DNA of 64,000 bases from Glaucostegus cemiculus. Taxonomy: Eukaryota. A program made the translations under genes and the position numbers. Below, piece after piece: positions 1 to 11,582 of the stretch. The DNA lies in assembly GCA_976551045.1 (NCBI GenBank), contig CDPCPM010000011.1, positions 9,858,001 to 9,922,000 on the forward strand, in the 5' to 3' direction. Numbering within the stretch: position 1 is the stretch's first letter; the number at the start of each line of letters is the position of its first letter. The notes under the pieces are model-generated. The model was not told where the DNA came from. It saw only the letters and a program-made list of their open reading frames with translations, and ran no database searches.

Positions 1-2754
1 AAAAAGATTAATTTACTGGAAGCAGTAACACTGAAAGATAAAACCAATTCAAATATCCGCTGGGGATCTTGTATGATCAGTGGGGGGACAAAACTGCTGG
101 AATATTTCAGAGAAGCTTTGGAATATTTTATTTAACATGGGGTTAGATCCAAGTTGGATTTAATAATCTTCAGATTGAATGAAGATATTTGGGGAAATAA
201 GCACAATTAAGGCAACAAGTTGAAAATCTTAAGTATTTAATTTTTTGTAGTGTGTTGCCATCAGGATAGCTGCCATTTAGGATGGGATTTCCCTTTTCCT
301 CTGTGAGACATGGGTGAACGGGGTGAAATCAGGAGCTGAATGGGCATTGGCATTGTCTTTCATTTGTGTGACTGAGGTTACAATCTCACTGAAAGAAGCT
401 GGGAACATAATGAAGGATGTGATAAAGTTCCATAGGCAGAGCACACCGTATCCTAGCATGGTTGCATATCACCACAATAAGCTGCTGAGTGAAAATTCCT
501 GCATCTCCTACTCTTTACAGCTAATTAGTTGGAATTGAATGTGAATTCACATGTGGATTATCGCTCCTGAACTCTGCTCAATTCACTTTATTGAGGACAT
601 TAAAAAAATTAATTGCCTGTTGTTTATGATGCATAATTCAAATTATTAGCTAATTCAAATGTGTAGAGCAGAATACATAAAATAAAACCTTTTTGAAGTA
701 TATGGAATGGACTATATCTTGATACATTAAATGTACTTTACCCTATGGACTGTTTCTATTTGGTCAGAGCCCATTAGTGCAATGGTGGTGGATTCAAATG
801 TCAGAACTCCAAAACTATTTGATTAGTTCCCCACATCAAATTGACAACTTTAATCAGATCATCTCCAAGGCTACATTCTTTAAAAGAGAATAATCCCAAC
901 TTTCTAATTTTTTTATTTTAACAAATTTTATTTATTGCATGCTTCTGTGTACACCAATTATTAGATGACCTGAAGGGCACATCCTTAAAAACACTGAACA
1001 AACATTATTATTGAAGCAGATGTAGTATGAGGGGGTATGATTTCTAATAAGTTCTATTGAGTCTCATGATAACATTTGTGAGAACATTTTAATTGTATCG
1101 TTATGGTCTGTTTTGACCTTCAATTTAATTTACATGAATTTTGAACAGGATGCTGCAGTTGTTCAGGCAGAATTGTAATTTTTGAAGAGTTGTGACTTTT
1201 AAAGAATGCAGAACTGCTTTTACAACAGAATCACAAATAGAATAGAATCAGTGCTTCTCAAGTAACCATTGGGCTCTTTAATCACTCTGTCAAAAATACC
1301 AATCTGTGTGGTATGTATAATAATTGTGAATTTTGAGGAGTGGTTTCATGAGCAAAACTTGTATTATCAATATGCTGGATAATCAAAGATACACAGTGTA
1401 GCTTTTGGTGAGGGGAGGGTAATTCCAAAATAGAGGAACCACTGAACATTGAGCAAGTGAAATTGGTTGTCTTCGTTGGAGAGAATTTGGCTGGAGGACA
1501 GGAAGAACTTGCACAATTTCAAGATGTCAGGGCTTGACTGTCACTGTGAAATTAGTAGCTTATGAAATCGATTGACATGAAGAAAATTTGTTTTTATTTA
1601 TTTTTAGTTCATTATGTTTGATGTTGCACTTGAGCAACATTTGTTGCTTTGAGTAACTGGAGAGGAAAGGGACAATCATGTTCATCATGAAAGCTCATCA
1701 CATTCCACATGTGGGTAAACTATGAAGGAAGGAAGCACAGTTTCAATCGATGAACCATCTAAGTTCATGACATTCAGCTGATTTGAGGCTGGGTACCAGC
1801 ATAAAGTGCTAATGGATAGACTGGAAGTAATCAACACTAGAAATCCACAATAAAGGAAAGAATATTCAACTTGTTTTCCTCTTTTCAAAATGGTTTGGTG
1901 GTCAGAATTCAGTGTGTGATAATGGTTGCAACATTAATCAAGTACAGTCTTATTAGAACTAAAGCATCCTGTAAATGCTGAAGTTGCTGTATTAAATTTT
2001 GGACATCAGGATAGATTGGTGATTTACTTCAATTTTTTTGATTGGCTTTGGAGCAATTCTATGTCCACATTGTTGAGCTCTGGTTAGGAGAGGATGCTGT
2101 CTAGCCATGGGGATGCATTGAATAGCCCGGGAATAACTAATTGGCAGTGATATATGACAGGCAAATTCTGCTTCTACCAAAACAGGTTACATTGCTTCTC
2201 TGTACTTGTTGCAGTTGCCTAGTCCATTCTGCAGCTGTTAGTGTAGTTACTTCAGGTAACATTCTGGAGCATTAGGGGGGTGGACATTGAAACCTAATAT
2301 GGAATACATTTGCTGTGAGAGATTTCAAGATCTCCTTTGGATATTCAATGAAACAGAGTATAGAAATGTGTTTTCTGAAGAGAAGCATTGCATACACTCT
2401 CAAGTTAATTGCATACAAATTCCTTCCAGTCCCTGAAATTGTAAAACTTGTCAGCTTCCATCAATAATCCTGAGTTACTTTCAGAACTAAGTCACCAGAA
2501 ACAATCACACACCAAAAGGGCAGGTATGCAGACAGACCAAACTGTCCTTTTCTCCACTGCAATTTGCATTGTATTTTGAAATTTCTTTTTAATAATTGAC
2601 CACTAAAAGATAATGGCTTTCTTGGAAATGAACAGAATGAGAAGGAAGGATATATTATGATGAAGGAAATTCTTGACCACCTCACTGCATCCATTGGGTG
2701 AGGGGGGCATGGGGGGAGCAGAGGGTCTGTAGGTTGATGAGAAAAAGCAAAAAG

Positions 2755-3130
2755 ATGCACGTACTGCTGGAAATCTGAAATAAGAACAAAAAGTAATGGC
2801 AATACTTGGCGTGGCATGGCATGCAGCATCTGTGGGGAGGAAAATGTATAATGTTTTAGGTTGATGTCCTTTCATCAGAACTTGAAATTATAAAGCAGTA
2901 TTTTTTTAAATTGCAAAGAAGGGGAAGGGATGGAGACAACAAAAGGAATGTCCCTGCTTGGCTGGAGACCAAGGAAGATTGATAATGTGGTGCTGGCTTT
3001 GAGATGGTGTGGAAGGCTTGTTTTTGGCTTAGGGAGAGACAAGTTCGACAGTGGAATTGTGAGATAAAACACTGCAGCATCTGGAAAACTGAAATAAAAG
3101 AACACTAACTTCCCACACTTTCTGATCTCA
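2755..3130 (-). mobile_element. Penelope-derived terminus and 3' region
   Basis: gctggaaatctgaaataa...gcagcatctgtgg...cctttcatcagaac. The hammerhead GAAA is mutated to AAAA. Confidence 0.65.
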
Positions 3131-4733
3131 ATATTGAAGTTGTGAATCATGGAATAAGTAACTGGGTCGGGAGAAGAGGATCAGTGGTGCAGCAGAGAGT
3201 TTAGAGGTATATAATCTGGGTAATGGATGAAGTTCAGGAGAGAGTTAATTGGAAGGCAGAACAGCAGATGGAAATATAGTGGCTGAGATTTGTAGTCACA
3301 TTTTTCAGTAATTTTTATTAGGAGATGTAATTCTGATTTTTTTTTTGTTGCAATAAGAGTGCTGCACTCTGACCTCACATCCTCCTACCTCTGTTTTGTA
3401 TGCTACTGTTACAGAATTAATTGCTTTTGTTAACACTGAACAAAACCCTTCTTCCACTGTCACAGGGGTCTCTTGGTCCACCCACCTAAGATATAACTTC
3501 TAAAATGAAAATAAAGAATAACTAAAATGTTCAACTACCATTTATAAATGGCAATTATTTCTGATTTTGTATTTTCAGCATCAATTTACCCAGCTTAAAA
3601 TGAGAAGTCTGCCATAATTCATTTTGTGCACCTGCATGACCAAAGGAAGGGGTGAAATGAAGAGCAATTTGGGTTGAATGGTAGGCAAGATAAAATTTGG
3701 CTCATTTTTCTGCTTCAGAAACTTTTGGAAGTGAGCCTATTGTAAAGAATTAATTTGAAGAGTTTGTTCCCTTCTGTTCACAATGATTTCTAAGTCTGGT
3801 AAGTCATAGGGTACTGACCCAGAACCTAGTGCAGGAATAGGGCATTCTCTTTGAAAGAGACTGAGATACAAGCAGAACATCAAAGACACTGTGTTCTTTG
3901 TGCTTGGCTTATTGAGAATTTTGCTGAAGTGCTTAGTGAAGCATTTTCTAAGGAGTTGCAATCACAGTGATGGAAATTGTGCACATTTTAATTGGAATCT
4001 TTCTTTATTCTGTAAATTGCAAGTGCTATAATTCAAACAGTGATCAGTTAATGATGATTCCTCTGTAATTACAGTTTTACATTGTCTTAATTATGATTTT
4101 CAACAAGAAGCAATTAATGAGCTTCAGAAATATTTAAATGTACAGCAGTAACAGGAAAATGGAGGCTAATTATAGTGTTTGCACAAATGGAGAGAAACAA
4201 TTGGGCCACAAATATGTTTTTTCCGCAATATCTTGTTTTGTTGTTGAAATGGTTCTTGATGGCAAATGAGAATAAGAATTCTTTACAGCTCCTCAGTTGT
4301 TTCAGTAGAGTTTGTTAACTTATCCGATAATGCTTTGTCCATCTCTCTTGCAACATCTGCAACAGTTGGCTTTGAAGAGAATGTAGGGAAAGAATCTGGA
4401 TTCTTAAGCTATTGTTAAGTTTGAAGAGATGGGTGTCGTTTCAGATACTTTCAAAAAAACTATACAAGAAACTAATAGCAAAGAATCAATATTTAGGTAC
4501 TGGATTTTTATAGTTTCTCAAGTTAGAATCAGCATGTGCAAGTCATGCACACAAGGCACAAGCCACACATTCACACAGAGAAATTCCACAGGGTCACTAT
4601 AAAGTCATCTTATCCGTCAAACAGGTAAAACTTTGCTACAGATATTCAGCAAGTCAGACTGCAGCTGTGGAGTGAGAAGCAGTTAATGTTTCATCTGATG
4701 TCCTTTCATCTGATGACCATCAACAAATGTGTT

Positions 4734-5366
4734 GAGTCACAGAATCATAGAGCTGTACAGCACAGAAATGGGCTGTTCAGCCCAACTCGTCCATGCTGAC
4801 CGTGATGCCTGTCTTCACTCACCTCATTTGCTTTCATTATGCCCTTTTGCTATCCAAGTACCTATCCAAATGCCTTTTAAACACTGTACTTGTATCCGCC
4901 TCTACCACCTCCTCTGGCAGCTCGTTCCAAATTACCATCACACTCTGTGTGTGGGAGAAACCTGCTCTTCAGATCCCCTTTAAATTTCCCCCTTCTCACC
5001 TTAAATCTGTGCCCTCTATTGTTGGACTCCCCTGCTCAGGGGAAAGAAGACTCTGACTACGTGCTCTGTCCATGACCCTCATAAGAGAAACCTCTATGAG
5101 GTCATCCCAAGGCCTCCATCACTCCAGTGAGAACAAACCCAGCTATCAAATCTCTCCTTATAATAAAAGCCCTCCATTCAAGGCAACATCCTGGTGAATC
5201 TCTTCTGCACTCTTTCTAATGCTACCACGTTCTTCTTGTAGTGTGGTGACCAGAAAAGTACATGATACTCCTATTTTTTGTATAGCTGTAAGAAGACATC
5301 CCAACTCTAATACTCTTAGCCTCAACCCATGAAGGCGACCATGCCATATGCTTTCCTTACCACCCA
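4734..5366 (-). mobile_element. CR1 3' fragment lying between two inverted Penelope termini (4630-4720 and 5367-5480)
   Basis: cacagaatcatagagctgtacagcacagaaatgggc tail; caacatcctggtgaatctcttctgcac RT C-terminal sequence. Confidence 0.85.
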
Positions 5367-6044
5367 GTCATCGACCTGAAAAGCTGACATGTTTTTTTTC
5401 TCTCAACAGATGCTGCCCAACCTATTGAGCATTTCTGGCATTTTTTTAAAATTTAACATTTCTGGCAGCTTCAGTATTTTACTTTTGGTTTAAAATCCTG
5501 ATTGTTTGAAAATAGGGTTTTTCATTCACTTGTAATAAGCACGTTCATAGATTCTTTTTCTTTGCACCTTCCTTCAGTGAAGATAATAGATTTGTGTATG
5601 CCGTTTAATTCTCTTAATTGTGACAACTGTTCCAATAACTGCAAACGTATTGATTTCAGTCTGCTATGCCATGTGGATGTGCTATTTGTTCATGAAGATT
5701 ACAGAATAAAAATGAAGATCAGAAGGACTTTGTTCACAGCCTTACAGAATTTCAGATCTGAGACTTTGAAAACTGTAAGGAGTTAAAAGGGACCAATCAT
5801 CCTTCCAAGATATCACAGTTTCTTGATTTGAATAAATACAAATTCCCAATGGTGAAATAAATATTTAACTAACAGCCAATTGACAGTGCTTTGCTTAATG
5901 AAGAAAATTTTGCATTGCAAAGCTGGTGTTCTACTGGGTTTTAATCAGTGTTCTTTTGCTTTGGTGACTTGCGCATGTCCTTATTTTTGTTTCATATGTG
6001 TTTTTGTTGAAATTAATACATGTAATTTGCAGGCCAGGCAGCAT

Positions 6045-6947
6045 CCCCTCTTCTGACCACCTATCACTGCTCTGCATTTCCCTTCCCTATATTGGGCTTC
6101 CCCTTTTCCTATCTTCAGTCCTGAAGAAGGGTTGGTTGTGTGAAATGGTTCTTTCACTGTCTTAAGGATCAAGGACTCTAAAGACCAGATTTGTAGATCA
6201 AAACTAGTTTAATCACAAAGGCAAATGCAGAGGCAGAATGGATGGGAACAGACACACACACACAGGATACCATGAACACGAGAGAGGGATCGCAACTGGG
6301 GTAGAATATACACGCGTGCACACACATGCACTCAATAACAATGTACAACTTCAGGATATAACATTTCAATGCCTGACCCACAGTAGCATTGGCTCTAAGG
6401 ACTGCCCGGAGTCTGAGTGGAACACTCCCCGACCATGTGCTGATGCATTCTTACCAGAGATCTCTGCAGCATTGTCTCACTACTCCCAGGGGGTCGTCAA
6501 AGAGGCAGGGCTATGGGGTTCAGCCCTTTTTATGGTGCTGGGAGGCTGGGTGGAGCCTCACTGTTGTGATTTGAATGAGCCAGTAGTGGGGAGGTCAAAG
6601 ACAAAGGTTCTCTACCACAGCCAATGGTCAAGCAAGTTCAGAGACAAAGGGTACTGGTCAGGCAGGTTCAGAGCCAAGAGACACTTTCACACTTGAGGGG
6701 TGGGTGGAGCCGCACCTTGATTGACAGTAGTATCACTTCTGCTCGGCGGAGCAATGCTGTCCTATGGTCAATGGGGGTCAGTGTCATTACTGTCACGTGA
6801 CAGCCATGTTGATTTCTCACAACAGGGTCCTGACCCGAAACGTTGACCACCTGCTTTTCTCCACGGATGCCGCCTGGCCTGCTGCGTTCCTCCAGCATTG
6901 CAGTGTTTTTCATCTAGATTCCAGCATCTGCAGTTCTTTGTTTCTCT
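6045..6947 (+). mobile_element. Penelope-like element 3'/pLTR fragment split by the solo LTR (6045-6132 + 6825-6947)
   Basis: Joined sequence ...cagtcctgaagaagggtcctgacccgaaacgttgacc...tccacggatgccgcctggcctgctgcgttcctccagc matches the termini attached to the PLE RT and GIY-YIG remnants elsewhere in the window. Confidence 0.8.
6133..6824 (-). mobile_element. Solo LTR (692 bp), Gypsy- or ERV-like
   Basis: Starts TG and ends CA. Terminal inverted repeat gttgtgtgaaat / atttctcacaac. 4-bp direct repeat GGGT at 6129-6132 and 6825-6828. The minus strand has a TATA-like ATAAAAA (6527-6533) and an ATTAAA poly(A) signal (6208-6213). The flanks rejoin into one continuous Penelope terminus. Confidence 0.85.
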
Positions 6948-7872
6948 TGCAAAGTGCAGGTTTTTACAGTTAATGCTCTGTGTCAGACAATCTTGAAACC
7001 TTTCTGGTAGCCAATCAGTGAAGTAGTAGATGGTAGGTACAGACTTTGTGGTTGACAAACGTGGGTTACACAGAGCCATTGGAAAATTGTGGCACCAATT
7101 TTGGAAGTTTTCTTACTACTTTAATGGGACATTTCTGATCATTATGTTGTTTCTCTCACTAAATCTAATCGAACATCAGAAGCCTATTGGTTCCCTCAGT
7201 TTGAGGAGTTACTGGGCTAAAGTTAGGCAAGAGCACCCAAGTTTTCAGCCAGTTTTACCTTTTATTACCAATTTATCAGGCAGGCTGTTACTCAACTGCT
7301 GTTTTTTTTTGGCATTATCCACGTGCATATTTGTCGTTGTTTTACTCCTTCAGAGTCTGTAAAAGAACCTTGCTGCTTCCCCCCCCCCCACCACACCAGT
7401 GTTTCTCCCCCCTTTTTCACCTCTTTCCTCACCTCCACCCATGTGCACGCCTCTCTCCCAACGCCACACACACATTCTTTAGACACTGTCTTTATTGTTT
7501 GCCCGAGAAAATCCACTATCCCACTTTGCTGCGTTCTAGGGTTCGTGATCTCCCGAAATGTCCACAAAATTTGGAGCCACAGGGTAAGTAGCAGGGAGGT
7601 GGTGGGGTGGGATGGGTGAGGTGATTATAGTGGTGGAGAAGAATGAGTTTCCTCACATATAGTCTCTTTAAAGTGCATGTGTATGTGCTCAGAAATATTT
7701 ATGTCTGATTAAATATCAGCTCTGGGTTTAGTACTTATCCAAAGTCAAATCTTGAGCATATCACTACAGTATTCAAACAACCAGTAATGACACTGACACA
7801 ACTCTGTTCACTGATTATATTCTGTTAGATTTTGACATTTAAGCTATCAATAAAAATTCTTAATGTATCAGC

Positions 7873-7878
7873 TATATA

Positions 7879-7923
<45 letters not shown>
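7873..7923. repeat. (TA)n microsatellite with two TG interruptions
   Basis: Directly visible. Confidence 0.97.
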
Positions 7924-8559
7924 CTCCTGGCATTCTTGAGTGTGATCGCTGCAGGCTTTATAAGGACCAAAAGATTACTCTGGTTTGAGATTAAAATGTT
8001 GCTATTGGTGATTGAGATACTGGGAGACAGATTTGTTCTTTCACACTGGATATAGCATAATGAGAGAAAAAGAAATACCAGAAAATGTTTGAAATATTCA
8101 GCATATCAGGCTATGTAGGAGAGATGATGTTTTAACTTGACATTTTCATCAACTAAATCAATCTATTCCCTGTCAAAATATTGTGATACCTTCTGTAGCT
8201 TCTCTGATACGCTGGCCATATCTGCTTCTGCTCCTATTATAAACAGTTTAGTAGCTCCAAAATTGGATTTGAGAAGTAAGGTATCATGTAAGTCATTGTA
8301 ATAAATACCCATGTCTCCTAATTGCAGGGCCCCTAATTACTATATAGAGGTGTTTCAAATGGACTGACATTAAATCAATGTCAGTACTATTGAGAATTCC
8401 ACCGTGTGACCAACAGTGCACAAAGCTGAAAAAGTGCTGTTAGCTAATGCCAGTAATAATTTCACTGCATTACAAATCAGTACAATTATGAATTGTTGGA
8501 TTTGAGCTTGCAACATTGGAGTTGACACAAAGATCTATGAGCACGTTGAAATGAAATTA

Positions 8560-10010
8560 GAACAGAATGCAGTAAATACTCAGCAGGTCAGACAGTATCT
8601 GTGGAGAGAAAGAGAGTTAATGTCTCAGGTCGATGATCTTTCATTAGAATTTGGCAAGCTTAGAAATCAAACGTGATTTTAAGTTGAAGAGAAGGGGCAG
8701 TGGTTGAGGGAACACAGGGAATGTGTGAGATGGGGTGCAGGCCAGGAGAGACTCGTGAGGAACACTGTTTAATTGCAACTGATCTATCTGGAGAGATGCA
8801 AATAGAAGGTGAATGCTGGAAGCTGATACAACACTGCAGTTGCTTGAAATCTGTACTAGAAGGATTCTGCATGGTTTTCCTCCCATGCTCCGCTTTCCGC
8901 TCGCATTCCAAAGATTTGTTGGGAGGTTAATTGGCTACTGTGAAGTACTCCTTTGTGTAGGTTGATGACAATGTGGGAGAGGGAATAAGTTGTCGGGATA
9001 CAGGAAAATGGGTCTGAGGTGATGCAGACATGGACCCGATGGGGGTGAATGGCCACTTTCAGTGCTGTTAGGAAGGTCAGATAAAGCATTCCACAAAGCA
9101 GTCACCCAATCTGCAATCTGCTTTTCCAGTGCAGAGAAGACCACGTCATGAGCACTGAATATAGTGCACCAAATTGGTCGAACTGCAAGTGAATCACTGC
9201 TTTACCTGGAAGTAGTGCTTTGGTCTGTGCATGATGGGGGTAGTGGGAGACATATTAAGGCAAATGTTGCAGTTCCTGTGGCTGCATGGAAAGGTGTCAG
9301 GACAAGAGGATTGGCTGTTGGTAACAATCTGGGAATAAACCACAGTGTCCTGGACAAAAAGGTGTTAAAAGTGGAAGGAAGAGAAAGCTGTGTTGGGTAT
9401 TGGCATCATGTTGGAAGTAGTGGGAATTGTGTGGCTGGAGGGGTGGAAGGTGACAATAATCTGGGCTGGTTCATACCAGCAACCCAAACACACCTTGAAG
9501 GTGATGCAGTGATCCACTTGGACTTGCCAATTTAGTGCAGTCATCTTGGGCGGTACCATAGAATCAAACAATTTTAGCGCACTTTGTTTGGTGACGCTTT
9601 ATGTTGGAGAACCTAAACACTATTTGGGCAAATGCTTTGTTTATCCTTGCTCTGGGAGGTGGGGGGGACGGGGCAAAGCAGAGGTATGGGAAATAGAATA
9701 GATGTGGTAAGAGCCCTAATAATTATGGTTTAGGAAAACTATGCTTAAGGAGAAAGAAAGACATCTCAATGGCAGTGATATAGAAGGTGTTGTCATAAGA
9801 ACTGATACAATGAATCTGGAGAAACTAGGGAAAGGAAATGGCATCCTTGCAGGAAGCAAGCTTGGAAGAGGTCAGGTTAGAAAGCCTGGAGAGTTTGTGT
9901 GCTTGTAATGGATATTGGACACCAACCTTCCTCCTGAGATGGTGGTAGAGAGTATAAAGCATCTCTATTCAGTTTGTAAGTGTGACCCAGATTTTTCATT
10001 TGCCTGTCAC
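8560..10010 (-). mobile_element. Decayed Penelope-like element (GIY-YIG and RT remnants)
   Basis: Minus 9080-9215 translates QVKQ*FTCSSTNLVHYIQCS*RGLLCTGKADCRLGDCF (PLE GIY-YIG motif). CKDAISF occurs near 9835-9855. A degenerate hammerhead terminus lies at 8566-8650. Confidence 0.75.
8865..9070 (+). mobile_element. HE1/V-SINE fragment nested in the PLE
   Basis: gcatggttttcctcccatgctccgctttcc...cattccaaaga...ggttaattggc (V-domain) followed by a CR1-like tail. Confidence 0.65.
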
Positions 10011-10109
10011 TTTAACTCTTCATCCAATTCCTGCCACTCTCTGGCTTCTTGTACCAATTATTGAATCAACCACTTCAGATAACTAACCTTTCCAGTTTGT
10101 ATCAGAACT

Positions 10110-10560
10110 GGCTAGTTCTGGTGAAAGGTCATCAATTTGTAATATTAACATTGTCTTTCTCTCTCCGTAGATGCTTCCTGACCCACCGAGTAATTCCAGC
10201 TTTCCAGCAACAGCGGTGTTAAATTTCTCTCAGTTCCAGCTTTGTTTTGTTTTCCTCCTTTTGATCTCGTCCATCTCCGACCTGTACCTCCTCCATTCAG
10301 ATCATCTGCAGTCACTGAGCTTTTTACATCCTCTCTCAGCTTCTTGGCTGGCACTATCCCAGTCTTGTTATTCAGATTCTCTTGGTCTCCACCCAATCAC
10401 AGACGTTCCCTTTGTCGTTCCCATCCTTCATTCTTCAAAGCTCTTACTTTTCTTACTTTTCCTCTATGTTCCTCTCTCCACAAGTGCTCCCTGACCCTCC
10501 AAACATTTCCTTCATTTTCTAATTTCAGATTTACAACATCTTCAGCTTTTTCTGCTTTTT
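10110..10560 (+). mobile_element. Penelope-derived terminal/3' sequence
   Basis: agttctggtgaaaggtcatc...tctctctccgtagatgcttcctgaccc followed by a pyrimidine-rich 3' region. Confidence 0.6.
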
Positions 10561-10874
10561 AGTATTGACTTGGAAAAACGACAGGGCATTAAAGCGACAC
10601 AGAGTGTGAACCTTGCACCACTCCCCAACAGCCCCAGCAAACCACCACCACCCCCACCCCCCCCCCCCCCCGCCAACCCTCACCTTGCCATTCCCTTCTT
10701 TCACCCAAAGTAAGCCAAAGTCACTGCAGGTTTTCAACGACTGCGTTAAGGCTTGGGTATGCTTCAAATTCACGATTCTGAATTCTCAGCCATCCATTGT
10801 ACCATTTGGGAACTTCATTCAAAATATTTTTAACGTTTGAACAAAGAAATGTCTGCCATGCACTCGGCAGCAGT

Positions 10875-11078
10875 AAGTATTTATAGGGCACCTTTGTTGT
10901 GATAAAGTATCCCATAGCATTTAACAGACAAACCAAGTCATTAGCAAACAAAATTCATTACCGAGCTACATGAGCAAGTATTGGGGCAGATGGGTGAAAG
11001 CTTGATCAAAGTAGAAGCTTTTGAAGAGTATCTTAAAGATGAAAGTGCTGGTGGAAGGTTTAAGGGAAAGAATTCCAG
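10875..11078 (-). mobile_element. L2-like LINE 3' end
   Basis: tatttatagggcacctt...gcttgatcaaagtag...aggtttaagggaaagaattccag, homologous to 30095-30720 and 48245-48480. Confidence 0.55.
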
Positions 11079-11225
11079 TATACAGAGTGAGACACAAGAG
11101 ACTACAGATGCTGGAATCTGGATCAATAAACAAATTGCTGGAGGAACTCAGCGGGTCCTGAAATGTCGACTCCACAAATGCTGCCTGACCCACTGAGTTC
11201 CTCCAGCAGTTTGTTTTATTTCTCC

Positions 11226-11582
11226 AATATACAAGATGATGAGAGGCATAGATCGAGTGGACAGTCAGAGACTTTTTCCCAGGCTGACAATGGCTAACGT
11301 GAGGGGACATAATTTTAAGGTGATTGGAGGATGAGGGGGATGTCAGAGGTAAGTTTTTTTTTTACACAGAGTGGTGGGTGCGTGGACCGCACTGCCTGCA
11401 GAAGTTGCGGGGGCAGATACATTAGGGACATTTAAGAGACTCTTAGATAGACATATGAATGATAGAGAAATGGAGGGTGATGTGGGAGGGAATGGTTAGA
11501 TAGAACTTAGAGCAAGATAAAATGTTGGCACAACATCGTGGGCCGAAGAATCTGTACTGTGCTGCAGTGTTCTATGTTCTAT
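11226..11582 (+). mobile_element. CR1 3' fragment
   Basis: gaggcatagatcgagtggacagtcagagacttt...gtgggccgaag...gttctatgttctat, homologous to the 3' end of the 947-aa element. Confidence 0.9.

Noticed and set aside
539-552. 14-bp palindrome atgtgaattcacat
   Set aside because: Several palindromes of this length are expected by chance in 64 kb, and there is no supporting context.
4290-4382. Exon-like segment (ttctttacAG ... GTAGGG)
   Set aside because: Stop codon in the phase-0 frame the host gene requires, and no USP similarity in other frames.
5502-5786. VHED in the ORF resembles USP31/43 DRVHEDL
   Set aside because: The surrounding QHDAxEFLLWLLD is absent, so the match is coincidental.
6238-6696. 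152-aa ORF
   Set aside because: Lies wholly inside the solo LTR and has no recognisable protein motif.
10640-10680. Poly-C runs with G-quadruplex potential (also 7379, 19200, 42067, 44946)
   Set aside because: Common slippage homopolymers with nothing to indicate function.
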